Of a stretch of 64,000 nt of DNA, positions 28,523 to 41,129 are shown in pieces. The position numbers were made by a program, and so were the translations under genes. The stretch spans positions 224,001-288,000 of the forward strand of contig JBHLNF010000002.1 in assembly GCA_048937405.1 (NCBI GenBank). The letters are read 5' to 3'. Each line of letters starts with the position of its first letter. Position 1 is the first letter of the stretch. Under the pieces are notes generated by a model that was not told where the DNA came from, ran no database searches, and saw only the letters and a list, made by a program, of their open reading frames with translations. This DNA comes from Promethearchaeota archaeon (GTDB lineage: Archaea; Asgardarchaeota; Lokiarchaeia; Sigyniarchaeales; SOKP01).

Positions 28523-29836
28523 ATGAAAAACAATACTAATTCTACAGAAAAAGAAGAGAAAAACACCTCACGTAATAATATGAGAAGAAAATCAATTGAA
28601 GAGAAGTTGGTGCAGTATAATATTAGTAAAAAAGCAACTATTATTGCTTTACTATTATGCATAGTAGTGGATATCTTTGGATTTACTTTAATCCTCCCAT
28701 TATTACCATCTATAATAGAAGATTTCGGAGGTACTCCTTTAGTTTATGGAGTGGTTGTTGCATCCAATGCAGCGACCTCATTAATTTGTGGACCGATATG
28801 GGGAAAATTAAGTGATAAATATGGCAGAAAACCAATTCTAATCATTAATCAAATTGGAACGATTACTGCTTTTTTCATTTTAGCTTTTGCAGGAAATATT
28901 GAATTAATTATATTTTCAAGAATGTTGGATGGCATGTTTGGAGGTCAATTACCGATTGTTCAAGCAATAGTTGCAGATGTAACAGAAGTAGATACTCGAG
29001 CAAAAGATTTTAGCAAAATAATGGTTATAATGATGTTATCAACCTTTATTGGACCTGTAATAGGCGGAATTTTAGGAGAGATTAATTGGCGATACCCCGC
29101 ATTACTAACAATATGTTTAGCTTTATTATCTATGTTATTAACGATATTTGTATTAAAAGAAAGTATGCCAAAAGAACGACGCACTGATCTCATAAATCAC
29201 AGGATAATAATGCAGGAAGGACGTGAAAAACTTCCATTAAAAGACTTTTTTACTTCTAAGGTAATTCTACGTCTTTTACAAGGATTCGCGTTATCTATGC
29301 TGTTTCAATTCTTCTTTTCTACTTATGCATTAGTTATGAATTATCGGTATAATTCTACAGTATTTGAAATAGGGCTTATCATGGCGGCATTTTCTATTGT
29401 TAATGCAATATTTGGGGGTCCCATTCTTCATATATTACTAAAAAAGATTGATTCAATAAAACTAATTATGATTGGTGTTGGATGTTTGATAATATCAATG
29501 ATCATTTATGCAATTTCTTCAGAACATTGGATGTTATATTTATTTTTAGTACCATATATAGCAGGGGTTTCATTCACACGGCCAATCGTTCAAACCAATC
29601 TTACGAGGGCTGTCGATGAAGATCAACAAGGACGAGCGTCTGGATGGGCAATTTCCTTACAATCCGTAGCTCAAACTATAATACCTCTCTCTCTTTCTGG
29701 AATTATCGAAGTAGGATACCTGATGATATTTTTCGTTAAGCTTGATCCCTATGTGGCTATAGGAGGAATTGGGATAATTATTACATTGATTCTTATTAGT
29801 TTGGTTATCATCGATAAAAAGAAATTCGATTTTTAA
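28523..29836 (+). CDS. MFS efflux transporter (TetA/DHA1-like)
   Basis: About 12 TM; motif A GKLSDKYGRK; RMLDG; GPVIGG. Confidence 0.9.
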   Translation: MKNNTNSTEKEEKNTSRNNMRRKSIEEKLVQYNISKKATIIALLLCIVVDIFGFTLILPLLPSIIEDFGGTPLVYGVVVASNAATSLICGPIWGKLSDKYGRKPILIINQIGTITAFFILAFAGNIELIIFSRMLDGMFGGQLPIVQAIVADVTEVDTRAKDFSKIMVIMMLSTFIGPVIGGILGEINWRYPALLTICLALLSMLLTIFVLKESMPKERRTDLINHRIIMQEGREKLPLKDFFTSKVILRLLQGFALSMLFQFFFSTYALVMNYRYNSTVFEIGLIMAAFSIVNAIFGGPILHILLKKIDSIKLIMIGVGCLIISMIIYAISSEHWMLYLFLVPYIAGVSFTRPIVQTNLTRAVDEDQQGRASGWAISLQSVAQTIIPLSLSGIIEVGYLMIFFVKLDPYVAIGGIGIIITLILISLVIIDKKKFDF

Positions 29837-30783
29837 TCCTTTTTAGATTTATTTACAAATTTATCAGAATAATCCTCAACTTCTTCAAAATCTTTGAAAA
29901 TCTTAAGAGAAATTGAATCTTTTTGTTTTTTTAAATAGTATTCATACACATCAGGACAATAATTAATCGCATTTTCATCTAAAACAAATAAAATTGCGTT
30001 TTTAAATTGTTGTTCATCCAAAACATCTTTGTTTTTTTTCTGTAATACTCTTGTTTTCATATAATATCTAATAATATTGATACCATCTCTTACAACGTAA
30101 TTTTCATTATGATTATGTGCATTTTGGAGAAAATCAACACAATATTCTAAAATTTCTTCAGAACCAAATGGCAAATTATATTTTAATATTTTGAGTTCAT
30201 CTATTTTATTAGGGAATTCAATTTGAATACGAGGATTCAATCTTGACATAATATATTCTGGAATTTCATAAGTACTACTGTCTGCGTTCATGGTGACACA
30301 TAACCGAAATTCGGGATGAGCATAAATTCTAACACCTGCAATAATACTTTCAACATAACGCCTTTTATCCATTAATGGTGCTAAAGAAGCCCAACTTTTT
30401 TCACTCATCCTATTTCCTTCATCTAACAAACAAACACCTCCCTTTATCATAGCAGATACTAAAGAACTTGCAACATAGGCTATTTTATTATCTGAAGCAA
30501 TAACGGGGCTAATTAATAAATCTTCAGGTCGAGTATCCATTGTACACTGAAATATATATACATCCTTTTGTAATCTTTTCCCTGTAGCATAAGCTAGTGT
30601 TGTTTTACCAACACCAGGTTTACCTAATATTCGAGGATTAAGTGGTAAATCTTCCTTATCAACAATCATCCATGCTGCTTTCAATTGATTAATTAAATCA
30701 TCGTTACCAACCCAATCCATCTGAACATTAGCAGGCTCACTTAAAATCAGTTCTACACCAGAAATTTCCACTTTTTCAGGCAT
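29833..30783 (-). CDS. MoxR-like AAA+ ATPase
   Basis: Walker A GKPGVGKT, Walker [23 protein letters not shown]. Confidence 0.9.
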   Translation of the reverse strand: MPEKVEISGVELILSEPANVQMDWVGNDDLINQLKAAWMIVDKEDLPLNPRILGKPGVGKTTLAYATGKRLQKDVYIFQCTMDTRPEDLLISPVIASDNKIAYVASSLVSAMIKGGVCLLDEGNRMSEKSWASLAPLMDKRRYVESIIAGVRIYAHPEFRLCVTMNADSSTYEIPEYIMSRLNPRIQIEFPNKIDELKILKYNLPFGSEEILEYCVDFLQNAHNHNENYVVRDGINIIRYYMKTRVLQKKNKDVLDEQQFKNAILFVLDENAINYCPDVYEYYLKKQKDSISLKIFKDFEEVEDYSDKFVNKSKKD

Positions 30784-30962
30784 AATTTCTCTTTTAATAA
30801 TCTACTAATAATGGATATAAATGTTCAATATAAATAATTTTTTGAAATGTAGATGAAATAATAATTCGTAGCAAACTCATAAAAATCTCTTCTTTACCTC
30901 AAGTATAAAAAATATGAAATCATTTAATTTATAAATAACTAGAAAGGAAAATAAAAACGCTA

Positions 30963-31514
30963 ATGTCAGGAGAACATGAAAGATATATCGTTCTAAAATT
31001 TGTATTATTAGGCGATGCAGCTGTCGGAAAAACGTCTCTGGTCGATATTTATGCTCATCACAAGTTTCAAGAAAATTATATACCTACTCTGGGGGTCAAC
31101 ATTGTTGTTAAAGAATTAAAGATTGAAGAAATCAATGCCCAAATTCGATTGGTAATTTGGGATATAGCTGGACAAGATAAATATGATGTTTCAAGAAAGA
31201 TGTTTTTTCAAGGAGTTGTAGGAGCACTTTTAGTCTATGATATAACCAGAGAAGATACTTTTACCGGCATAGAATCTAAATGGCTAAATGATCTAAATGA
31301 TTTTTCAGAAAAAGATCTTTCCTTTATTCTCATTGGTAATAAAACTGATTTAAATGATTCAAGAGCAGTTTCGACAGAAAAAGGAAGAGCTTTTGCTGAT
31401 AAAATTAATGCAGCTGATTTCGTTGAGACTAGTGCAAAATACGGAGAAAATGTCGAAGAAGCGTTTAAGAAATTGGTTATTAAAGTATTAAAGAAATCAA
31501 AGGTTATATCTTAA
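30963..31514 (+). CDS. Rab-like small GTPase
   Basis: GDAAVGKT, PTLG, WDIAGQ, NKTD, ETSAK. Confidence 0.93.
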   Translation: MSGEHERYIVLKFVLLGDAAVGKTSLVDIYAHHKFQENYIPTLGVNIVVKELKIEEINAQIRLVIWDIAGQDKYDVSRKMFFQGVVGALLVYDITREDTFTGIESKWLNDLNDFSEKDLSFILIGNKTDLNDSRAVSTEKGRAFADKINAADFVETSAKYGENVEEAFKKLVIKVLKKSKVIS

Positions 31515-31550
31515 AACTTAATTATTAATTTATACGAGATTGGTGTGTAA

Positions 31551-31979
31551 TTGAAAATCCTTGAAACTAAAATTAAGAGAGTACTTGTAGGAAAAATAGA
31601 ACCGGATGAGGATTTAATTGATTCTATCCTAAAATTGGTGAAACAATATAATGTTTATTCAGGATTTATCAAATGTATTGGAGCTCTAAAAATCTTTACG
31701 ATTGGTTTCTATAGGATTGATTCTAAAGAATATGATATGAAAACTTTTAATGAAAATGTGGAATTAATCTCATGTATTGGAAATATTGCATATATGGAAG
31801 GAGAACCAATAATTCACTTGCATGTTTCATTAGGAAGAAGTGATTACAGTATAATAGGAGGACATTTAAGTAGACCAAGTATAATTTCTATTACTGGAGA
31901 AACAATCATTTTTGAGTTTGATAAAAAAATTAATAGAGTTAATGATCCAATATATAATTTAAATTTATTAGAATTGTAA
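31551..31979 (+). CDS. PPC/DUF296 domain protein
   Basis: ELISCIGNI, HLHVSLG, GGHL. Confidence 0.85.
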   Translation: MKILETKIKRVLVGKIEPDEDLIDSILKLVKQYNVYSGFIKCIGALKIFTIGFYRIDSKEYDMKTFNENVELISCIGNIAYMEGEPIIHLHVSLGRSDYSIIGGHLSRPSIISITGETIIFEFDKKINRVNDPIYNLNLLEL

Positions 31980-31996
31980 TAAAAAGGTAATTTTTA

Positions 31997-32557
31997 ATGG
32001 ATGCAGGAGATAAAAGAAAATGGGCAATTAAATTAACTATATTAGGTGATGCTGCAGTAGGAAAAACTTCTTTAATTGATAAATATATTACAGATTCCTT
32101 CAAGGAAAATTATCAACCAACCTTAGGTGTTAACATTGTAACCAAAGATATACGAATTAAAGATAATAATTCCGACGTTCGTTTGCTTCTTTGGGATATT
32201 GCGGGACAAGATAAATATGAATTAACACGTCAAATGTTTTTTCAAGGATGTACTGGATCGCTTTTAGTATATGATATGACAAGATATTCTACATTTGAAC
32301 GGATTAAAACTAAATGGCTCAAGGATTTTCAGAAGTATGGCAGACAGGATGGAATATATATATTAATTGGTAATAAATCAGATTTGAAAGACTCAATTAA
32401 AGTATCATCGGAAGAGGGAGAATTATTATCAAAAGAGATTAATGCAGTAGAATTCATTGAAACCTCTGCTAAATATGGTGAAAATGTTGAAAAAGCTTTT
32501 AAATCTTTAGTATCTCATGTATTAGGAAAATTTGGTGTTAAAATAGATTTTGAATAA
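31997..32557 (+). CDS. Rab-like small GTPase
   Basis: GDAAVGKT, WDIAGQ, NKSD, ETSAK. Confidence 0.93.
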   Translation: MDAGDKRKWAIKLTILGDAAVGKTSLIDKYITDSFKENYQPTLGVNIVTKDIRIKDNNSDVRLLLWDIAGQDKYELTRQMFFQGCTGSLLVYDMTRYSTFERIKTKWLKDFQKYGRQDGIYILIGNKSDLKDSIKVSSEEGELLSKEINAVEFIETSAKYGENVEKAFKSLVSHVLGKFGVKIDFE

Positions 32558-32603
32558 GAATGAATTTATAAAGATAAAAAATAATATATTATAACATATC
32601 AAA

Positions 32604-33170
32604 ATGATAGGGGACTATAAAGGATTCGTAAAGAATAAAGTTGTAGTAGCGCTACTCCAAGCATATCATGATATACTTGATTATGATGGAATGAAATCTA
32701 TTTTAAGAGAAGCAGAAATGATGCATTTAAAGGATGTACACACTATGAGTCCTAATGACTCAATGGATTTCTTTTCTTTCAAAAAAGTCATTTCTGCTCA
32801 AAATTGTCTATTATATGATTCATCTATACTTCTTTTTGAGATTGGAAAAAAATTCTCTTTTTACTTATTTCCTTTTGGAATTAGTTTTAAAGAAATAATT
32901 GAGAAAATTAATTCATTAATTAATACGGATTGGAAAGTTGAAATTATCGGAAATAACACAAATGAAATCATAGTTCGAGTAGATAAATGCATATTTTGTT
33001 CTGAAATTGGAGTTCCTTGCGATTTATTTGTGGGATTCCTAGTTAATTCTTTACAAAAATCATTACCCTCAGAACAGGTTGTTAACTATGAAATAGATAA
33101 ACAAGATACAAATGATCCGAGTCACAATAATTATATTATTAAACTAAAAATTAGAAGATACATTAAATAA
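32604..33170 (+). CDS. V4R-domain protein
   Basis: IVRVDKCIFC...PCDLFVGFL pattern. Confidence 0.6.
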   Translation: MIGDYKGFVKNKVVVALLQAYHDILDYDGMKSILREAEMMHLKDVHTMSPNDSMDFFSFKKVISAQNCLLYDSSILLFEIGKKFSFYLFPFGISFKEIIEKINSLINTDWKVEIIGNNTNEIIVRVDKCIFCSEIGVPCDLFVGFLVNSLQKSLPSEQVVNYEIDKQDTNDPSHNNYIIKLKIRRYIK

Positions 33171-33279
33171 ATTTATAGCAAAGATAATAATTGAAATCCT
33201 CTTTAAAGAATAAAGACTTTCTTTTAAAAACTAGAAATAAAGTATTAAATAGACATACAACAAAGTTATTAATTGCATA

Positions 33280-33837
33280 ATGATTAAAGAAGAAGAGTCT
33301 AGAGATCTAAGAGAATTTGTATTTAAAATAGTAATTATTGGAGATGCTGCTGTAGGTAAAACTTCTTTAATAAATCAATTTGTAGAGAGTTCCTTTACTG
33401 AGGATTATAAACCTACACTTGGAGCTAATATAGTTCGCAAAGATGTAAATTTAGATAACACAAAAGTTAGATTGATAATCTGGGACCTCGCAGGTCAAGA
33501 AAAATATCGTGTAGTTCGGAGTATGTACTTTCAGGGATGCGAAGGAGCTCTCCTTGTTTATGATGTTACAAGATATAGTACATTGGATAACATCAACAAT
33601 AAATGGTTAAAAGATTATAAAAAACATGTAAAAAAAATGGGAGCGTTTATATTAATTGGAAACAAGACCGATTTAAAAGATCAGGTAGCAGTTCCAACAG
33701 AAAAAGGAGAAGAAGTGGCGAAAAAAATAAAAGCGAGCTATTTTATAGAAACATCAGCAAAACTCGGAGAAAATATTGAAACAGCATTTTCTCTTTTAGT
33801 GAGTCAAATTTTAAGTAATCATAATGTAATAGTTTAA
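33280..33837 (+). CDS. Rab-like small GTPase
   Basis: FKIVIIGDAAVGKT, WDLAGQ, NKTD, ETSAK. Confidence 0.93.
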   Translation: MIKEEESRDLREFVFKIVIIGDAAVGKTSLINQFVESSFTEDYKPTLGANIVRKDVNLDNTKVRLIIWDLAGQEKYRVVRSMYFQGCEGALLVYDVTRYSTLDNINNKWLKDYKKHVKKMGAFILIGNKTDLKDQVAVPTEKGEEVAKKIKASYFIETSAKLGENIETAFSLLVSQILSNHNVIV

Positions 33838-33926
33838 AAAGCTTTAATAGTTTCAAAAAACTCTTTTTTGTATTATTTAATTGAGAACTAAATCAATCTT
33901 TATTAATTAAGAAGAGTAGATTTATT

Positions 33927-35078
33927 ATGAAAGAAACATCTCTTAGAGTAGCTAAAGCTCCTAAATCAGCAATTAGAGAATTATTTGATCTTGCTTCGGG
34001 GCGTTCAGATATTATTAGTTTAGGGATCGGACAACCAGATTTTATAACACCCGAAGCAGTAATACAGGGAAATATTAATGCATTAAAGAACAAAATCACT
34101 ACATATGCTCCTACTAAAGGAGTACCAGAGTTATTAGAATTGTTAGAGAAAAAAGTCAAGAAAATAAATGGCATTAATACAATTTGGAAAGATAATATAA
34201 TAGTCACAAATGGTGGTAGTCAAGCAATTACTTTAGCATTTGCTTCAATTTTTAATCCTGGTGATGAATTAATAATTTCTTCACCGAATTTTATCTCCTA
34301 CTTCTATTGTGCTGTGTTTTTTGGAGTAAAAGCAGTTGAAGTTGAAAGAAACAAAGATTTTAGTCTTAACATTGAAGGAATACAAGACGCAATTACATCT
34401 AAAACTAAGGCGATATTACTTAATTCTCCAAATAATCCAACGGGTTATGCATTAACATCAAGTGAATTGAAAAAAATTGTTGAAATGACCATTGAAAATG
34501 ATTTATATTTAATTTCAGATGAAGTATATGAAAATTACATTTATGATGGATTAAAGCATGTAAGTCCAGCCTCTTTAAATGGAATGTTTGAAAGAACTAT
34601 TACATTAAATGCAATGTCAAAAATATTCTCAGCTACAGGATTTAGACTTGGATATGTTGTTGCTTCAAAAGAAATCATAGATTTAATGGAAAAGTTTCAC
34701 CAATATACAGTAGCGGGAACAAATCATGCGGCTCAATATGGATTTATTGAAGGTTTAAAAATGAATATTGGATTTTTTGAAGAAATTTTAAATAGTTTTG
34801 ATGAGAGGCGAAATCTGGTTTATAATAGATTGAAAGAGATTGGTTTTGATGTTGTAAAGCCAAGTGGTGCTTTTTACATTATGCCCTCAACAAAAAATTT
34901 TAATATCACTGGAAAAGAATTTTCATTAAAGCTTATGAAAGAACAGGCAGTTGCAGTTGTTCCTGGAGGTATCTTTGGTTCCTTTTCCGATTATATGATA
35001 AGGATATCCTATGCTACCGAAATTGAGAAACTTAAGGAAGCCTTGATAAGAATTGAGAAGTTTGTTCAAAATCTCTAA
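33927..35078 (+). CDS. PLP-dependent aminotransferase class I/II (AspAT-like)
   Basis: LGIGQPDF, NSPNNPTG, SDEVY, MSKIFSATGFRLGY. Confidence 0.93.
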   Translation: MKETSLRVAKAPKSAIRELFDLASGRSDIISLGIGQPDFITPEAVIQGNINALKNKITTYAPTKGVPELLELLEKKVKKINGINTIWKDNIIVTNGGSQAITLAFASIFNPGDELIISSPNFISYFYCAVFFGVKAVEVERNKDFSLNIEGIQDAITSKTKAILLNSPNNPTGYALTSSELKKIVEMTIENDLYLISDEVYENYIYDGLKHVSPASLNGMFERTITLNAMSKIFSATGFRLGYVVASKEIIDLMEKFHQYTVAGTNHAAQYGFIEGLKMNIGFFEEILNSFDERRNLVYNRLKEIGFDVVKPSGAFYIMPSTKNFNITGKEFSLKLMKEQAVAVVPGGIFGSFSDYMIRISYATEIEKLKEALIRIEKFVQNL

Positions 35079-35177
35079 TTTTTATTTTTAAAAATTTAAA
35101 TCATTAAGATATTTGGTTTAATAATATAGAACCAAAAATTTAAATAAAAATATAAAAAATTCTCATGAATAACTTAG

Positions 35178-37463
<2,286 letters not shown>

Positions 37464-37572
37464 CTAACGAATAAGTTATCATATTTTGGAAAATAAATTT
37501 ATCTAAATACAAGTAAAAAAAGTAAATTATGTTTTATTTTCTTTTTCTTTAATTTTTATAAAAGTTAAAATA

Positions 37573-38394
37573 TTAGAGTTTTTCTGAAACTTTGATATTT
37601 AGTTTTTTTTCTAAAAACTTTTTAAATGTAATTAAAATTTCAGATTTTTTAAGTGCTTTATTTCTATTTTCCTTTACATAATCCTTTCGCAGCTTAATAA
37701 TCTTCTTTTTTAAAGGTAAATAAGTCGAATTATGCAAAAGAGAACTTACATAAATCCTTGTGATTTTATCTAGACTTTCATTATCCAAATTTTTTTGATT
37801 ATTATTTAAAACTAGCACTTCTAATTTGGTATTCCTGCTCTTTCTTTTTTTTTGTATTTTGGCTAAAGTTTCATTAATTATATGATTCAAATCTTTATCT
37901 CTTGATAGATCGTACACCAAATCTGGTCTATCCCATTTATACTTATTAAACTCATCAATTCTTTCATTAATTTTTTTAATTACATTGTTTGGAATTGGAT
38001 TACCTCGATAATTATTCCACTTAAGACAAATTTCAATAGGAGTTGCCACATATATCATAAAAAACATTAAATTAAGCATTTCAGCAATAACTTTCAATTC
38101 ATGTCTCATACTAGTATAATAATTTAAATCATCACTAATTACGATATTGCCTCTTTCCAATTCCCTCCTTATTACATTTAGATTTTCCTTTCTAATAATC
38201 TGTTCTTTATCGTGATCAAATTCATCTGGGGTCAGATTGTGCCTTATAATGTCTGGATCTACGATTTTAACATTCAAATTATCAAATTTTTTTGTAAGAC
38301 CTATTTTTAAAGCATTAGCAAAGGTACTTTTTCCTGAAGCTGGGAGACCTACTAAACATATTAAAAAGTTTTGGTTAACCAATAATAAAATCAA
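37573..38394 (-). CDS. pstK: O-phosphoseryl-tRNA(Sec) kinase / Kti12 family
   Basis: GLPASGKST, DDLNYYTSMR, YKWDRP. Confidence 0.75.
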   Translation of the reverse strand: MILLLVNQNFLICLVGLPASGKSTFANALKIGLTKKFDNLNVKIVDPDIIRHNLTPDEFDHDKEQIIRKENLNVIRRELERGNIVISDDLNYYTSMRHELKVIAEMLNLMFFMIYVATPIEICLKWNNYRGNPIPNNVIKKINERIDEFNKYKWDRPDLVYDLSRDKDLNHIINETLAKIQKKRKSRNTKLEVLVLNNNQKNLDNESLDKITRIYVSSLLHNSTYLPLKKKIIKLRKDYVKENRNKALKKSEILITFKKFLEKKLNIKVSEKL

Positions 38395-38670
38395 CTAATT
38401 TGTGTCAATAACTATGCTTTTTATTAATTCTTTTTTTTGTTGCCTAGAAAATGATTTAATCTCTAATTCTCTCCTCATTGCTTCCTTTCTATTCTGATAA
38501 GATTCAAAATATTTTAATTCAATATGTTTTTTACCACGACAGAATTTAGCGCCAGTTCCGGCTCTATGTTCATGCCATCTTCTGTATAGATTATTTGTAT
38601 ATCCAGTGTAATACATTACTCTTCCATTTTTAGCAAGAACCTCTAAAATATACACATAATAGACAACCAT
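38395..38670 (-). CDS. GIY-YIG nuclease (small, YhbQ-like)
   Basis: YVYIL...YYTGYTNNL.RR..EH..G.GAKF...AMRRE. Confidence 0.9.
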   Translation of the reverse strand: MVVYYVYILEVLAKNGRVMYYTGYTNNLYRRWHEHRAGTGAKFCRGKKHIELKYFESYQNRKEAMRRELEIKSFSRQQKKELIKSIVIDTN

Positions 38671-38875
38671 ATCGAAACCTCTAGGTAATAGATCGATATT
38701 GTTCTATTTATTTTTTTAGTTCATTTCTGTAAATATAGTTAAAAGTTTCAAGTTTACGGGTAAATATTTATATTACAATATCATATTTGATTAATTAAGT
38801 AATTAAGAATTAACTTATTAATTATCAACTATTATTTTATTATTAAGATTTAAACTGGGTTTTATTCGATAAACA

Positions 38876-39508
38876 ATGCCAAATGGTATTTTTCTAATTC
38901 AATGGGATGAAGTGGAGGGTGGTATGGTTTATTTAAAATATCCCGATGATTTAGAGATCCCAAACCCTGTTGTCCAGCAAATTACAATATCACATAATTT
39001 TACAGAATCTTATATAATTACAGAAGAAAAAAATTGGAACTCAGTTTCTTATTATAATGAAAATAAAGAATTAATCGTTGTTTTGGTTTTAAGTAAATAC
39101 GATGATGGAAATGATTATTTAGAAATTCTTGAAAAATTCAATAGGGAAATTGATAAATTAAACGAACAGAAACTAAAAGAAAATTTAGAAGCCATGTTTC
39201 ATATCAGTCTAGATGCCTTTCGTACAACTGATGAAGTAATTACTAAACTAAGCAATGAAGTAGCATATCTTAAAACAAGAGAATATGATTTTGGAGTAAA
39301 ATTTGATTTTATAACTAGATCAAATCACTTATCAGTGAAAAGTAAAATTTTGTTTCTATTAGCAATAAATGAATATGTAACCTTCGAAGACTTCGAAAAA
39401 GTAATAAAAACAAGTAAACGATGGTTTCAAAACGTACTTGAAACACTTGTAAAAAATAAAGTTGTTGGATATGATTCTAACAAAGATAGTTATTTTTTAA
39501 GAGTATGA
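38876..39508 (+). CDS. Putative uDENN/longin-like domain + C-terminal winged helix
   Basis: GIFLIQWDEVEG...KYP start resembles uDENN/longin folds; wHTH-like tail. Confidence 0.4.
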   Translation: MPNGIFLIQWDEVEGGMVYLKYPDDLEIPNPVVQQITISHNFTESYIITEEKNWNSVSYYNENKELIVVLVLSKYDDGNDYLEILEKFNREIDKLNEQKLKENLEAMFHISLDAFRTTDEVITKLSNEVAYLKTREYDFGVKFDFITRSNHLSVKSKILFLLAINEYVTFEDFEKVIKTSKRWFQNVLETLVKNKVVGYDSNKDSYFLRV

Positions 39509-39786
39509 AAACTACGAGGATAAAAATTAAGGTATTTGGATATGTTCAAGGTGTATTTTTTCGATATACAACTCGGAAAATCGCCCGAAGTCTTGGATTA
39601 ACTGGATATGTTAAAAATATGCCTGATGGTACTGTGTATATCGAAGCTCAAGGACCTGAGGATAAAATAATTGAATTATTAGAATTTTCTAAAAAAGGAC
39701 CAAAACATGCTCAAGTAGATAATGTTGAATACAAATATTTTGAGCCCACAAACAAATTTAAAGGATTTGATTATCAGTTTGAATAG
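39505..39786 (+). CDS. acyP: Acylphosphatase
   Basis: GYVQGVFFR, GYVKNMPDGTV. Confidence 0.95.
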   Translation: MKTTRIKIKVFGYVQGVFFRYTTRKIARSLGLTGYVKNMPDGTVYIEAQGPEDKIIELLEFSKKGPKHAQVDNVEYKYFEPTNKFKGFDYQFE

Positions 39787-39844
39787 TTAATATGATATCT
39801 CCGTAATACACCCTTTGAAAAATGAGTGATTAAATTCTATATTT

Positions 39845-40183
39845 ATGTCGGTGTATTTAAAACGATATAACTATTTAAAAATGTTTCAATTACTCCATCA
39901 TACTAAAATTAGATTTCAGACACCGTTAATAATAAGAATGTTTGGAATATTAAATCAGGTAAATATGCGAAATGAAAATCGGTATATATTATGCAATTTT
40001 CTTGATCAAAATAGTGACCAAATAGGGTTAACTGAAGATATTTATGATCTTAATAATAAAATATCTCTTAATCAATTGTTTCTATTGGCTTTTAATAAAG
40101 CTAAAGAATATAATTTAGTAAATGCTTTATATAAAGAATATATTGATTCTATTGGTGCTATAAAAGGGAAGAAATCATTTTAA
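39845..40183 (+). CDS. Hypothetical protein
   Basis: 112 aa ORF with no recognised motif. Confidence 0.55.
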   Translation: MSVYLKRYNYLKMFQLLHHTKIRFQTPLIIRMFGILNQVNMRNENRYILCNFLDQNSDQIGLTEDIYDLNNKISLNQLFLLAFNKAKEYNLVNALYKEYIDSIGAIKGKKSF

Positions 40184-40247
40184 TGCTACTTCTTATTAAG
40201 ATTTTTAGACAATAGAATTTAAATGAAAGAAAAAAAACTGAAATAAA

Positions 40248-40910
40248 TTAAATAAAGGTTATATCTTGATATTCTGAATCTCCAATATCCGTTTTTGCTA
40301 CTCCCAATTCCCTAACCTGTTGGTTTAACTTTAGGACAGCATCTCTTACAATTTCTTTTTGTTTTGCTCCAGTACAAACTATGCGTCCTGTGCTGAATAT
40401 CAAAAATACAGTCTTAGGGTCTTGCATTCTATAAATTAATCCTGGAAATACTTCAGGTTCATACATAGCATATTCCATAACGATTGCAGCCATGTTTAAA
40501 TCAATATTTGTATGTAAATCCCCTGAAGCTACAATATTTTGAATAGTAATTTCTGGATTTGATAATTTTATTCCTGCTTTTCTGATATTTTTAACAACTT
40601 TATCAACTACTCGTTCTGCCTCTGAAGCTTGCCTAAGACCTGTTACCACCATTTTACCTGTTGAAAATATTAAAATTGTTGCTCGAGGTTTTTCAATCCG
40701 CATTACAAGTCCAGGAAAGCGTTCAGGATTATACTCTACTTCCTCATGACGTCTTGCTATCTGATTTAAATCAATTTTTTCTGTGATTTCGACTGTAACT
40801 GTAGCTACTACATTTTCAATTTTATAATCTAAATCCGTCTCATAGTCATATTCTTTTTCTTCTTCTTCTTCCTCTTCTTCAAAATCTTCATCAAATTCTT
40901 CTTCTGACAT
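40248..40910 (-). CDS. tbp: TATA-box binding protein
   Basis: IENVVAT, YNPERFPGL, IFSTGK and YEPEVFPGL repeats; acidic N-terminus. Confidence 0.98.
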   Translation of the reverse strand: MSEEEFDEDFEEEEEEEEKEYDYETDLDYKIENVVATVTVEITEKIDLNQIARRHEEVEYNPERFPGLVMRIEKPRATILIFSTGKMVVTGLRQASEAERVVDKVVKNIRKAGIKLSNPEITIQNIVASGDLHTNIDLNMAAIVMEYAMYEPEVFPGLIYRMQDPKTVFLIFSTGRIVCTGAKQKEIVRDAVLKLNQQVRELGVAKTDIGDSEYQDITFI

Positions 40911-41129
40911 GATTATATTAAGTGATAATTATGATTTGAAATCTAAAAAATTAAAATAAACTTCATAACTACGTTTTTTGTTAATTTTATTTAAATAAAT
41001 CTTCCTTTATAAAGGTGGTAGATTTAAAAAAGGTTAGTGCTGAAAGCACAAAATTTTGATAGTTGTTAAGTAATTTTGATCATCAATTTTAGATAAAAAT
41101 CAATAAATCAAAATAATTGACTTAATTAT

